A stretch of DNA of 64,000 nucleotides from Antedon mediterranea (GCF_964355755.1 NC_092676.1:10145888-10209887), one strand, 5' to 3'. Shown: positions 1 to 13,780, numbered from the stretch's first letter. The notes: generated from the letters alone by a model not told the origin. Made by a program: numbers and translations.

Positions 1-1316
1 CAATACGCACACTACATACACAATGAAATAGAACACAATACATGCATTATGGGAACACTGAAATAGAACACAATACGCACACTACATACACACTGAAATA
101 GAACACAATACATGCATTATGGGAACACTGAAATAGAACACAATACGCACACTACATACACACTGAAATAGAACACAATACATGCATTATGGGAACACTG
201 AAATAGAACACAATACGCACACTACATACACAATGAAATAGAACACAATACATGTGCATTATGTGAACACTGAAATAGAACACAATACGCACACTACATA
301 CACAATGAAATAGAACACAATACATGTGCATTATGTGAACACTGAAATAGAACACAATACACACACTACATACACACTGAAATAGAACACAATACGCACA
401 CTACATACACACTGAAATAGAACACAATACATGTGCATTATGGGAACACTGAAATAGAACACAATATGCACACTACATACACAATGAAATAGAACACAAT
501 ACATGCATTATGTGAACACTGAAATAGAACACAATACGCACACTACATACACACTGAAATAGAACACAATACATGAGCATTATGGGAACACTGAAATAGA
601 ACACAATACGCACACTACATACACACTGAAATAGAACACAATACATGCATTATGTGAACACTGAAATAGAACACAATACGCACACTACATACACAATGAA
701 ATAGAACACAATACATGCATTATGGGAACACTGAAATAGAACACAATACACACACTACATACACACTGAAATAGAACACAATACGCACACTACATACACA
801 CTGAAATAGAACACAATACATGCATTATGGGAACACTGAAATAGAACACAATACGCACACTACATACACAATGAAATAGAACACAATACATGCATTATGG
901 GAACACTGAAATAGAACACAATACACACACTACATACACACTGAAATAGAACACAATACATGTGCATTATGGGAACACTGAAATAGACCACAATACACAC
1001 ACTACATACACACTGAAATAGAACACAATACATGCATTATGGGAACACTGAAATAGAACACAATACGCACACTACATACACAATGAAATAGAACACAATA
1101 CATGCATTATGGGAACACTGAAATAGAACACAATACACACACTACATACACACTGAAATAGAACACAATACATGTGCATTATGGGAACACTGAAATAGAC
1201 CACAATACGCACACTACATACACACTGAAATAGAACACAATACATGCATTATGGGAACACTGAAATAGAACACAATACGCACATTACATACACACTGAAA
1301 TAGAACACAATACATT
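1..1316. repeat. Intronic minisatellite built from two alternating ~35-bp subunits
   Basis: Subunit A (AAATAGAACACAATACRCACACTACATACACAMTG) alternates with subunit B (AAATAGAACACAATACATGCATTATGKGAACACTG); both share the head AAATAGAACACAATAC. The array runs off the left edge and lies in the intron after the Ku70 exon. Confidence 0.97.
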
Positions 1317-1402
1317 TCCAGAAAGTTGTCTTCACACTATGCAAACCTGGTTGCATACTGTACTTGTTACTTTTTGCAGGTGTGAAAATGGTATTATTGT
1401 AC

Positions 1403-1576
1403 CTTTATGCAAAGATCAAAATGACTGCCCTCATCATCACCAGATTTCTCCAACATAGACTTGTTGGTTTCTATAAGGAAAATAACAGCATCCTTGGTAG
1501 AAAACCTGCTATCAAAGAAGGCTTCGTCGTCCTCATCTTCATCATCACCACTGAAAAAGTTTTGCCAATTAGACAT
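1403..1576 (-). CDS. XRCC6: Ku70 (XRCC6), first coding exon; the rest of the gene is left of the window
   Basis: MSNWQNFFSGDDEDEDDE...TKDAVIFLIETNKSMLEKSGDDEGSHFDLCIK resembles the Ku70 N-terminus/vWA start (human MSGWESYY...[32 protein letters not shown]). GT donor after AAG at 1402; acceptor tttcag at 1603-1608. Confidence 0.88.
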
Positions 1577-3850
1577 GGCAATTTGGATTGCGTTTGGGAA
1601 ACCTGAAAGGAATCAGACTATTGGTTAAAGTACTATATGCATAGCATCATACTTTTCTTGGCAGGCTTGGTATCGCCCGGTAGGGTTTTATGATATAAAA
1701 TGTTATCAAGTACATGAACACTTTATTTAATGTTATTGTGATATTATTGTACGTTTTATACATTTTCAATGTAAAAACTGTAAAAATACTGATAGGTTTT
1801 ATTCCGAACCCCTCTGTGATAAGCCTCTGTGATAAGTGATGTTTTGTTGGTTTTGAAGCATTGTGACGAATGAAAAGTTTAACAATATTTTAACTGATTT
1901 GTTTCTGGAACATGTGTACTTTACATCATTTTATATCACCAAACCCTAACAGGCGATACTGGACTACTGGGCATAGATTAGAATGACCCTAGGCCTATAC
2001 ATATATTATTAATAAGATTTTAAGTTTGACTTGAGGTTGCTGCTGCCGCTGGCTTCTTTCCCAATTATAAATATGAGCGCTAACTGTACTTACCTACTTA
2101 GATTATGTGGCACTTACCTACTTAGATTATGTGGCAATCACCGCACATCAAAAGGAAGTGTAAATGCTTTTTAAATGGGTTATTAAGAATCAAGAAATTG
2201 AAGGCGAACCACTCATCTGGCTAGGCCTTTATAAACAGTATCAGAGAGATCATTCTCGCCAAGAATATTCACTGTCAACCTGCTATTATTAAACAAACAT
2301 TCATCTCTATCTAATCTAGCCTGGCCTAGAATGTTTAGTCTTAAATTAGCGGCCCTAGCTCTGTATTATGATTTAAATTCACAAACATACCACATTATTA
2401 ATAATATAATAGGATGTATGTTTGAATATTTGTTTTAATACCACTTACAAAAACTCAATAATATGCTCAGATCTCATACAAAACTCGTTGTATATTGCCA
2501 CTCGAGCGAGTATTAGAGCGAAGAATGATTATCTCGAGCGGATGCATTCTTTGTGTACTTCAATGATAGGCCTAATATTCAAATAAATCAATTGAAAAAA
2601 TATCAGATTTCAAATCAACAACACAGAAATTAACGAATTTAAAAGTTTCATTAGATTAGTGTAGTGAAATAGAATAATAATAGATAAATCTAAATCCTTG
2701 CCACTCAAAATGAATTTGTTTTATGATGAACTAATTAATTTGTATTCGTATCGTAAAATTGTTTTACATTAATTTAATTAAGTAAGTGCAGTTTACACGT
2801 CAGCAACTTAAAAATGTCAGGCCGAAGTCACTCTTTTCTCTTTATTTAAAAAAAAAAATTAAAGAAACTAACAATCTGAAATAAATCTGTTAAATGTTCG
2901 TATAGGGTGACAACTGACTGAAATTAATTTAACTTGATATAGCCTATGCGGAATATAGATATTAAAAGGGAATGTGAGTTGAAAGTAACTTAATATAACA
3001 GCTGTGCACAGATTTATTAACACGCGGGTACCCGGTTATTCCAATGTTTATCAATTACGTCATTGCATTGAAACAAAGACAGTTTTTTCATATTATGAAT
3101 AGTTCAACCCAGGTTTTGAATATAAATAACTACCCAGTTAATTGTGGTTTATTGTTTCAAAGTTTGCCCAACTATTTTACTCACAAAATAATGTATCCGT
3201 CCAACATAACCAACCAATCAACGTCCAACTATTTTCTCTGTTCGTGTACATAAATCATTCAGTGATTAGATGATAACCTCATAGGAACTAACATCCTCTC
3301 TATTATTAAGACAAAATAATTAAGAGTAATGAAAAAATCATTGCCTTAATTCAAAAGTGTTGATAGTTCGTAATCTTTCGGGGTTAATAAGCTGTTCGAA
3401 CCAAATCCAAGACAAAAACCAAAAAAAGTGTGTTTTTATCGTTCATTCGGTGATATCGCTATATTACTCATTTTGTGAATGTGAGTGATTTTTATAGTTT
3501 GAAGTCGCCTGCTTGACAATGGACGTGACCAATCTAAGCTAAATACCAAAACACCGGATTTGAATTTGATCAGAAGCTTGTGGAAATTCTACATCCTGAC
3601 TTGTCTTTCAACAAAGTAACAAGGTCTTAAAGTGGATAGTTTTTTTCTATAAAATTTTGCTGCTAACAATAAGATGCCGTAAAATGTTCCTCGTGATGAC
3701 TTGAATACCGGCAATTGTATACGCCATGTGGGTAGACCTAACTCAATTTTCATCATAATTTGTAACATTATTTACGGCCTACGCTAACACTACAAGATAT
3801 TTATAAACGTACTTGAAGTTGGAAATAAATTACTTTACATCGGTAAGAAA

Positions 3851-3900
3851 ATGAAGGAGATTATACAGATTGAAAATCGACGTAATGTTGATCAAAATGG
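3851..3900 (+). CDS. LMO2: LMO2 coding exon 1 (MKEIIQIENRRNVDQNG)
   Basis: ATG at 3851 and GG|GTAAG donor at 3901. The phase-2 splice to 9292 gives IENRRNVDQNGETVDEVL, which aligns with human LMO2 IERKSLDPSEEPVDEVL. Confidence 0.8.
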
Positions 3901-5709
3901 GTAAGACGCTACCTTATTTGTATACTGCATTATGCCATATAGTTTCAGGATAAAAACATAATCATATTGTGAATGTGATAGCAACTGTTTTACATAGTTA
4001 AACAATCAGCTAAAATAATATGCATAACACTTTAACGTAGGCCCTAAATAAAACTGCTGAGTGTAAATAAAATACAATGTGGATCGAATGGTTAGGCCTC
4101 CTATAGCTGAGTAAAAAACTAATGGGGATAATAATATATACAATATTGTTAACATAGATGGTTACTTATAAAATAACAGTACTAAAATTGGTGTTTTTTT
4201 AATCTCTAAAATGAATCCTTAAAATAATGGATAATAAAACTGCTTTCTTGTAAAATTATGATTAAAATTGTAAAGGATTTGACATTTTATAATTTGATTT
4301 GGAATTAAAATAATTGGATAATTCTTTAATATCCTGCTGAAGATCATTCTATATGCACTTTTAATTTTAAATAAACTACAAATAAACCTTGATTTTGTCC
4401 AACTTAATTAAAATTATATTTACTCAGCATAATAATTATATTCGGCATGAAAGTTCCTAAATTGCCCATACAATTAGGTTGTGTAGTTTTTTTTTCTTGA
4501 AATCTGCATAATTATATAGATTGTTAATGTTGGTTTTTGATAGAACAAGCGAACAACTATTCCTATTTTCCGCTATAAATCAAGCCCATCCACCTGAATC
4601 GTTTCCGTTTATACTTCACTGTTTTCCTGTTCATATCTCGGAGTAAAAACCACAAACTCATTGTATAATTCCAGGTATTCAAGACCTACATAGTGTTTTT
4701 CCCATTAATATAAGTTTGCTGTTTAAACCGTTTTCCTGTTTCATTATTATTGCCGATTATACCCTAACGATCTATCCATATGTTAGCAAGTTATCTGAAA
4801 AAAGGGCACGGGAGGGTATTTTGTATTTTTATGAGTATAAATTAATTTTTGTAAGCTGGCACGTGTTTAACTTGCTAGTGACAATTTCTGTTGGTCATAA
4901 ATTTCTCTCGCGCGTGGCTTATGTGTATGTGCCGAACACGATGGTCGACCAACAACAGATGTGATTTGACAACTTCAACATTTCGGACGGGAAGAGAGAG
5001 GGAAGAGAGTGAGTGCTTGGAAATACACATACCTGTACCTTGATTGGAGGTCCTCTGGGTGCAATTTTGTAAAATTTGTAATACAGCGATAACAAATGTT
5101 GCCAAGTATTACCAGTACATAACATTCGTCAATGGGGTAAACTATCAGCCCTTAATTGTATTGGGGTATAGAGTCGCTTTTGTGCGCATAGCTATAACGT
5201 TTTATTAGTCCGAATGTTAACATATTTAATAAAAATTAATAATTATTAATTATTTATTCATAGTAACGTTTTAAAAAATAAATATTTAAGCTATAGCCCA
5301 TATTACTCTGTTTTTAACAATTATCTATGCTGAGCTGCAGTAACTCCAACAATAATCGCGATAGTTGTCATTGTTCTATTTTTCTAAACTATACCCCGGT
5401 ACCGGTAAAACTCATAATTCATTTTAATGTGTACAACATTGGAATGAATGACGTCAAAGCCACGCGCTCAGTTTAAACAAAGAACGTAAAACATTACTGT
5501 ATTAACTATTATTCAAGTTATTGGGCCTAAAGAATAATTCTCACAAAGGTCATGGGTGATTAAATCATGAGTGTCGAAGATAAAATTGTTTACGACAAAA
5601 CTTGTGCAGTGAATTTCCATTCATTTAGAACCGTGTACATGGATAATCTTATAATAATAATAAGTATAGGCCTAATACAAATAACGAATGTTTGAGTAGA
5701 GTACGGGAT

Positions 5710-6612
5710 GGTATTGCAAACCCCTCAAAGTAAAAAAAAATCATAGTAATTGAACCAACATAAAAGCAATTTAATCATGTAGGCACTACAGTAGTGATAC
5801 GACTCACTTGGTAGGTCAATTAAAAAATGTAATTTTTTTTAGGAAAAACATAATATTTCGGTTTAAAATAATTGTTAACCCACAACCTTTAAACAAAACA
5901 TAGAAAATAAAAACCAAGTGATTAAATCATGTAGTGTACAACTCACTATACTTAGTATGTCAATTAAAAAACAAACATAACTACATATTTTTGGGGTAAA
6001 ACACCAATTTTAGCACAATTATTTTTCACCATGTTTTACACCAAACAAAGTCGTTACAATTATTGGTTCAATGGGGTTTCCTATTATTGGAGGTTTTCGG
6101 GGTTTATTGATTATTTTAAATAAACAAATGATTTTGTACTTTAAAAATAAATAGTTTTTTTTTTGTCTTGTGTTGGTTCGTCCCACTTTTATTATAGTTC
6201 TATAAATATAAATAATATATGTATATAATTGTATGCACATTTATATAATTCTCTTATTTATAAGGTACATTGTTAAAAAATACATATCTTTTGAACAGTA
6301 TATACATAAGGCTAAGATTATTTTGATGTTAAGAAGTAACCACATTTACATTCATATACATTTTTAAAAATACAATTAATTAAAATATGTCGATGGCAGT
6401 AAGCTGACAAACATTACTCCAATCAATGTCTACCTTACCTAGTTCTATTTCCCATTTTGTTTGTGAATTTGGTATTTTTGAACATCTATTAATAAAATGA
6501 TTATAATAAATAGTTAATAAAAGCAAATATTTTTTATAAAACTGAAATAGGCCTACCAAGTGAGTCGTACACTACACGATTCAATAACTTTGGTTCAATG
6601 GGGTTTGCTATG
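5710..6612. mobile_element. Degenerate non-autonomous inverted-repeat element in LMO2 intron 1
   Basis: GCAAACCCC..TTGAACCAA..ACGACTCACTTGGTAGG (5716-5815) is mirrored by CCTACCAAGTGAGTCGT..TTGGTTCAATGGGGTTTGC (6552-6608). Termini and TSD are unclear. Confidence 0.5.
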
Positions 6613-7800
6613 TTTTTAAATACCAATACCTAAACACAGGAAGATATATTTAATTGTGACAAACAAGCGTCATAATGTTCCATTTAATTAGTATAATACA
6701 TATAGCTGCACGTGCAATATTTTCTTTCATCTTTCATTGAAGATGAACTTTTTGAGAAGTTTGCTGTAGGCTGATAAAATGCGCGATCGATCAAATCCAA
6801 ATCGGCCGTCAAGATGGAATTATTATACTAGAGTCTGTAAATTAAGTTTAGAACACTGTGTTGTAAAATAAACAATAACGTAATTGTTAAATATGGGGAA
6901 TTTGTGGAAATCCTCCATGGCTTATTCAAGTCATTGATCCCACTTATGGAAATATTACGCCGATTCAATTCGTAAACATTCATTATTTGAAAATCATAGA
7001 AGCTTATTTTATTAACATACTGTAAGCCTGATGTATATATCCAGGGAGCATCCAGGGAAGCGTGAGATTACAATCCCTTCCCTGATATAACACTGCAGTA
7101 GACCTATTGGAAGAAAGTTAGCATCAAGCTTGAGCCTGGCAAATTGTTAGAAACAGAGAGGCACAATCACAGAATTGACAGGCTTCATAACGTCAATTAC
7201 CTTTAAAAATTAGTTTTGATTAAAACGTAACATTACACTAATTGTCCAGTACGTGATTATCAAGTAATTTCCTGAGTTAAAAGGAAACTGTTTTGATATT
7301 ATAGAAGAACTGAAGCAAATGATTGAATCTGTCGTCTAATTTCATATCGGCTACTCAAGCAAATGACTTTTGTTTATCTATCGTTTCCGCCCATTTATAT
7401 AAAACGAGTTTGGAGTTCGTGCAATGTACACCAGGAAGGAAACACTTGTCGAGTCATTCACTGTAAATAAAATCTCTCAATTTCTTTCTCTTTAACTAAA
7501 CTACAGCCGGCCTATGCATGAGGAATTTGTACTCAAAATATACCTTTAACATTTCTAGTTTCAACCACCTCATGCAAAATAGTCAAATGCATTATAGTCA
7601 AGTGAAAACATTTCTGTAGGCCCTATCTTCATATCGCTACGATGTTTTGCAATAACATTACTGTATATAGCATTCGAAGATGTAGGATGATATATAAGAA
7701 TGATAAAAAAAAACTTTACAGGGCTAAAAGGATAGTGTTCCAAATATTATAGATTAATGACCTCCACATGGGTGGACACCGGCGCTATACAAGTTTTCAT

Positions 7801-8430
7801 TTACCTCCGCCAAGGAGTTTGTTAGCAGGATTACTCAAAAAGTAATTACAAGATCTTTACCAAAATGAATATACAGATAGATATGTGGTCAAGGACCATT
7901 CCATTAAATGTTGGGACCATTTGGGACCTTGGTCCAAATTCTGAACCACTTTTTAGTATACTTTTCAGACCTGCTAGTGTTAAAAGATAGGACAGAATTT
8001 TTCAAAAGCCGGCGAGCAGTCTTAAAGTATTAAGTAAACTGAAATTGCATTTTCTCGAGAACTACTTGTCCAAAAACTTCATTTTTGTACAAGAGGCAAG
8101 AGTTATAATTGGTGATTTGTAATCTTAAAACATAATTTGATTTAATGTGCACCTTTTTTTATGCGAGTAGTTTAAAAAACCTATTTCTTTTCAAATTCAC
8201 TCGTTTGATTTTCGCGTTGCTGTTCTATTGTTAGTCAACTGAAAGCTATTGTTAATTGAAAGGCTTGTTACATAACCATTACACCAAACTCGCATACACA
8301 TGCTTGTAGTGAAATTAGCCTAAATCACAAACAGCATTAAGACACACACACAAATATATTTTTTTTTTTCCCGGAGAAATCTTATGTAGGAGAATTTTAC
8401 AGTAGGCGGAGGTATGCACTCTCGGAGTGT
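7801..8430 (+). mobile_element. Non-autonomous Helentron-type element (HINE)
   Basis: 5' subterminal TTACCTCCGCC is matched by GGCGGAGGTA at 8405, followed by the hairpin CACTC-TCG-GAGTG. The same 3' end recurs at ~24845-24996 and finishes in CTAG. Confidence 0.7.
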
Positions 8431-8498
8431 ATTATTATTAATGAAACCGCTTAACGGAATTGGATAATTAGTCGAGTAGGCCTCAAATCTTCAGCTTA

Positions 8499-8677
8499 AG
8501 CGTGGTTCCCACTAGCGACGCAACACAAGGACGTAACGCAACGCAAGTGAATTGACCAATCACAAGCGATGGCTTATTCGCTTGTGATTGCTAACTGTCT
8601 ATAACTTCGCTTGTCATTGGTTAAAACGCTTGCGTTGCATTTACGTCCTTGCGTTACGTTCTAGTGGGAACCAAGCT
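8499..8677. mobile_element. Palindromic MITE (PIF/Harbinger-like, TWA flanks), copy 1
   Basis: TIRs AGCGTGGTTCCCACTAG...CTAGTGGGAACCAAGCT flanked by TTA/TAA. Near-identical copies at 10795-10967 and 11053-11228. Confidence 0.9.
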
Positions 8678-9291
8678 TAAATAAATTCACTTCTTTCATA
8701 ACTGGAAGAAACGAAAAATAATCAATAATATTTCTACTCAGTTTGTCAATATGGGATTAAGTTTAAGAATTGGAAAGAAATGTCAATAAAAATGTCTACT
8801 GCATCAAACAATGTTTAAAAATGATCGTACTATCATTTATGTAAGATAAGAAACTCTAAAGTGTGTGACAGCAATTTGGAAGTTATTGAGACAGAAAAAT
8901 GGCTAATGAAAGTCAGCATCAAACAAAACATCCAATACTGTACTACAAAGCTTGAAAAATGAAAAAAAATGATCTTAATACTATGTGAAGCGCCTTGATA
9001 ATTTAATTATTACTTAAAAATTATTCTGTGGATTTGACACTGACGAAACGTGTATACCTATAAACTTAGAAAAATGGTAGATATCAAGCAGTGGCCATAT
9101 CCCATATTAATACGATAGACTACATTTAACGCAAGGGGAAATCCTTCAGTGTGGAAAAGATGTGGTTTACCACCAACACTCGTTATTTTATTAGTTATAT
9201 TAGGAGATTCACACTAAGCAGATCATAATGTGATTGTCAATATTTTTTATTTTTTTAGTATATATTTATTGATGTTGTTTCTTTGTTTCAG

Positions 9292-9507
9292 TGAAACGGT
9301 AGATGAAGTATTAAACACACACCCTTCGAACCTGCAATGTTATGGATGTAATGAACACATTAGAGATCGCTATCTTTTGAAGGCCCTTGATAAATACTGG
9401 CACGAAGACTGTTTATCATGTGATCTATGCCATTGTAGACTAGGGGAGGTTGATTGCTATGTGTATTTTAAATTAGGAAGGAAATTCTGCAAGCGGGACT
9501 ATTTAAG
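9292..9507 (+). CDS. LMO2: LMO2 coding exon 2 (LIM domain 1)
   Basis: tttcag acceptor; [53 protein letters not shown] carries the LMO2-type motif [17 protein letters not shown]; AG|GTGAG donor. Confidence 0.96.
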
Positions 9508-9934
9508 GTGAGCAACTTTAATTGAAAATCAAATGAAAGTTTATTTTATCTCAACGTTTTGATGTGGTAATAATGTAAAAGTGTTCCGGTACTAAGATAA
9601 ATAAAATACAGGCTAATAATAAATCAAGAAATTTCCAATCTGAAAATTGTTTATCTAACCACAATATTTATTGTAGGCCTACATATATGGGAGAAAATAC
9701 TGGAGGGAACTTCTGGGATATGTTATAGCCTGCTTCTGTACAATAGGCCTACAATTCGAAAAAAACGAAGAATGCAGGCCTATATCCAACTGAATGAAGG
9801 ACAAACATTTAGTTTTGTTTTTATTTTGTAGATTCTTTCTAGTGCTAATCTAGTGCAATTAACTTATTTGGCAAGGTGGTTTTAGTAACATATCATAGAC
9901 TGACATCTTTACTGTTGTTGTTATACCTTTTCAG

Positions 9935-10130
9935 GTTATTTGCACCAAATGGTTTTTGTTCTGCTTGTAAAATCACGATACCTGCCTATGAGTTAGTGAT
10001 GACAGTGGCAGAAGGGAGACATTATCACCTGGAGTGTTTTAAATGTTCCCAATGCGACAAACCGTTTTGTGTCGGTGACAAGTTCTTCATCCTCGGTTCC
10101 AATATCATATGCGAGGATCACAACGTGTGA
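9935..10130 (+). CDS. LMO2: LMO2 coding exon 3 (LIM domain 2, stop). Total CDS 462 nt = 153 aa
   Basis: tttcag acceptor; LFAPNGFCSAC...YHLECFKCSQCDKPFCVGDKFFILGSNIICED; TGA ends at 10130; frame continuous with exon 2; AATAAA near 10707. Confidence 0.96.
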
Positions 10131-10794
10131 CGAAATGACCATGGACAATTGGAACTGATGGTTACCACCACTATGCAAATCAGAAATATTTGTAATAAGT
10201 GGAATTAGGAAATAACGTTTACTGGAACGTGTATGTTTTCAATTTAAAAAGCCTGACACTTGGTATATTCAACGTGACAACGGTGGACAAAGAAAAAGAA
10301 CAGCGTTAAATAAACATGAAAGAAAAAAAGAAACAAAGATTAGGTATTTGATGGAGAACAGACCAAAGATACAAGCATGGATAACTAAGTTATGATACAA
10401 GCAATACAGAAAAATATATTTGAATAACTAAAGTTAAGTATAGTTGGACTGATCCGTCATGTCATTTAAAAATCGATGATATGGAGAAATTGACTCAATT
10501 ATGATTTATTGAAAACGATGGAATTAGGCCTAAATATTATTATTATACTATACACAACAGGAGTTGTTAATAAGATTTTAATTTTCATTACAACTTTCTG
10601 AACCAACTATGGATTATAAAAAAAGAATGATTTACTGTAAGACAAATAATCTTCTACTTGTATTATATTTAAGCAATTATAAACACCTTTTGCATTTATC
10701 AAAGTGAATAAATATAAACAAGATTTCATTTGGCATTTGGATTCTTACTGTACCTCCTAATTTATGTGTACAGTATTTAATTAATCAACTGTTA

Positions 10795-10967
10795 AGCTTG
10801 GTTCCCACTAGAACGTAACGCAAGGATGTAAACGCAACGCAAGCGTTTTAACCAAGCGAAGTTATAGACAGTTAGCAATCACAAGCGAATAAGCCGTCGC
10901 TTGTGATTGGTCAATTCACTTGCGTTGCGTTACGTCCTTGTGTTGCGTCGCTAGTGGGAACCACGCT
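10795..10967. mobile_element. Same MITE, copy 2 (opposite orientation)
   Basis: AGCTTGGTTCCCACTAG...CTAGTGGGAACCACGCT with TTA duplicated on both sides. Confidence 0.9.
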
Positions 10968-11052
10968 TTACGCTCGGTCGTAACGCAATGACGTAGGCCT
11001 AAGGGTAACGCCATTTGACCAATCACATGCAATTATTCAAACTGTTAACTAA

Positions 11053-11228
11053 AGCGTGGTTCCCACTAGCGACGCAACACAAGGACGTAACGCAACGCAA
11101 GTGAATTGACCAATCACAAGCGATGGCTTATTCGCTTGTGATTGCTAACTGTCTATAACTTCGCTTGTCATTGGTTAAAACGCTTGCGTTGCGTTTACGT
11201 CCTTGCGTTACGTTCTAGTGGAAACCAC
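11053..11228. mobile_element. Same MITE, copy 3, apparently inserted in an older related element (10971-11323)
   Basis: Matches copy 1 except for a damaged right TIR. The flanks carry degenerate versions of the same CGTAACGCAA/TTGACCAATCAC motifs and end in AAGTGGGGAACAGGCT. Confidence 0.8.
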
Positions 11229-11366
11229 TAGCTTACGTTGCGTTTACGTCCTGCCTGATCCATCACGTCGTCATTTGTAAATTACTGACGGTTTTGTGCT
11301 TACGTCTAAGTGGGGAACAGGCTGACAATCATAAGAATCTCACGTGTTGTTGGGAGTGAAAAAGAT

Positions 11367-11720
11367 CAAGAACTGTACTTGTGTGATGGAGTGTAATGCG
11401 TTTCTCATATCAAGAACGTGGCTTGTGTGATGGAGTGTAATGCGTTTCTCATATCAAGAACGTGGCTTGTGTGATGGAGTGTAATGCGTTTCTCATATCA
11501 AGAACGTGGCTTGTGTGATGGAGTGTAATGCGTTTCTCATATCAAGAACGTGGCTTGTGTGATGGAGTGTAATGCGTTTCTCATATCAAGAACGTGGCTT
11601 GTGTGATGGAGTGTAATGCGTTTCTCATATCAAGAACGTGGCTTGTGTGATGGAGTGTAATGCATTTCTCATATCAAGAACGTGGCTTGTTCGATAGAAT
11701 GCAATGACATTCTCAGATCA
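11367..11720. repeat. 44-bp minisatellite, about 7-8 copies, between the 3' ends of LMO2 and IFTAP
   Basis: Unit TCAAGAACGTGGCTTGTGTGATGGAGTGTAATGCGTTTCTCATA with period 44 (11410, 11454, ...). Confidence 0.97.
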
Positions 11721-12286
11721 TGAAGTATGTTATGTTTGACCTAGTGTAGAGGTCAGAGTTTAGATACTGAAACTCTTTCACACCTCAGTCACAGTTTACA
11801 GAAAAAAGTATATCACCTGAAATTTCCAAATCAACACCATCATTTTGTGAATTACAATTTTGTTTATTCATAGAAACATCATCATACTTTACAGTAACAA
11901 TAAATTCTACTCGATTTAGGTCAAAGAATGTGATCTTGCACTAGTTAGAAATTTAGGTGAGAATGATAATAAAATACTCTATAGTGTACAATCTTATAAT
12001 CTCATAATTAAATTTATTCATAATGTTATATATGGTTATTCTTTTTAAATTTAACATTTTCATTTTTGTTTTCAGTTATCAGTTTAACAATTTTGTTAAA
12101 ATTCGTCTTAAATCTCTTTGTCTTACGAATTAACAGTAAAGTTCCAAAATATTTGGTATTTTGACAAATTATTTTTATTGTTTAAATCTGAATTCATTTT
12201 TCTGATGAACCTAAATAAATAAATGATGAAAATAAATAAAATATGTAAACCATTTACTATTTACATTGCTTCAAGTAAAATTGTTT

Positions 12287-12406
12287 TCATGTGCCGTTCA
12301 CAAAACCAGGTGGTCGATCTCTACCAGTCCATTTTGGTGTCAGTACAACATTGTTGTAATCAAACTCTTCATCTAGTGTAAAAGCTATAACATCATCTGA
12401 AGTCAC
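12287..12406 (-). CDS. IFTAP: IFTAP/NWC (C11orf74) last coding exon
   Basis: ttccag acceptor; VTSDDVIAFTLDEEFDYNNVVLTPKW...GT* matches the conserved C-terminal motif of human IFTAP (GDEVQLFSLDEEFDYDNVMLTSKF). Confidence 0.92.
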   Translation of the reverse strand: MTSDDVIAFTLDEEFDYNNVVLTPKWTGRDRPPGFVNGT

Positions 12407-13096
12407 CTGGAAAACATTAAAAAAAAAATGTTATCCTTACTCCTATTTAGTTTAAATTACTATTAGTATCATATTATTATCATATTATTATAATTACAAT
12501 ATACGCATGTTAAATATAACATAACATATACTTTTACCATAAAATATTAAAATATATGTATGATAATACCTGTATTTATGAAGAAAATATATAGTAATTT
12601 GTTTTCATGCTAAAAATATGTTTATAAAAGTAAAGACAATGACCAAACACTGGGTGTTTTCCATGAATGTAATAAGATTTGTTTTATTAAAAACCATGTT
12701 AAGGTATGAACACGCTTAAAGTTAGCTCTGGGTTAATATACCTTTGCAATAAAATTACGCTCATTCGTTTGGTAACATTTTATAATATAAATATTAAACC
12801 CGGAGCTTCCAATTTTAGAAGCCTATCCTGGAGATTTCATTTTTTATTTACACGGTTTCATTTATTTTTCATCTTATGTTTATGATCTATTTCATCTAAT
12901 CAATTCTACCCATTGAGATAAAATCTCTGGAGAATAAATGCCAAAAACAGGGTTATAAACATACTTTTTATATGTTGGATAGGGTCAATTTGGGAGAGGC
13001 CTTCACCCTGCAGTGGGATGAAAATGATAGCTAGCAATGATGATTATGAATATTTTGGAGGGTGAGAGTTGGTTAAGGTAAATGTTATTGCACTTC

Positions 13097-13123
13097 TATC
13101 TCTCTCTCTCTCTCTCTCTCTCT
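13097..13123. repeat. (TC)n microsatellite
   Basis: Run of TC dinucleotides. Confidence 0.9.
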
Positions 13124-13380
13124 GAGCCAAACAATATTATTTTTAATGATTCATTTGAACATTCAGTGGCACATTGAGATCTCACAGATCATCCGGAGAA
13201 GATTTGAAGAAGACATCATAATTTAACTGAAAGACATTGAGGATGCAATGTTCGCAGGAAGCCTGCTGATGCTCAGACAAACCGGAGACATGCCAAACAA
13301 AGACAGAACTCAAACAGTTGTACAAATTATGATTTAAAACAGTGGCAGTTACAAATAAAGTAGAACAAAGTGTCCTATTT

Positions 13381-13780
13381 CAGTAGAACCTCTATTAAAG
13401 GGACTCCTTTGGAACCCAACATTTTTTTATTATAGAACAACCCCTATTAATGGGATGCCTTTGGAACCCAACAAAGACTGTGTACAGTAAAACTCCTACT
13501 AAGGGGACCCACAATGTGTCCTATTACACCCTATTAAGAGGACACGTCACCTTTGGAACCCAACAAAGACTGTGTACAGTAAAACTCCTATTAAGGGGAC
13601 CCACAATGTGTCCTATTACACCCTAGTAAGAGGACACGTCACCTTTGGAACCCAACACAGTTTCCCCTTTATTGGCAGTGCCCCTTGATTAGAGGTTGAT
13701 CATAGTGTTTCACAGGAAAGTGCTACTGACAAATAAGGTGTCCACTAAATAGGGGTGTCCAAAGGATGGGGTTTTACTCT
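13381..13780. mobile_element. Degenerate Tc1/mariner-type non-autonomous element with an internal ~92-bp direct duplication
   Basis: Starts CAGTAGAACCTC and ends GGGGTTTTACT; repeated CCTATTAAGGGGAC and CCTTTGGAACCCAAC motifs. Confidence 0.55.

Noticed and set aside
152-364. 70-aa Cys/His-rich ORF
   Set aside because: Translation of the intronic minisatellite.
11367-11720. CRISPR-like 44-bp repeat
   Set aside because: Pure head-to-tail tandem repeat with no spacers.
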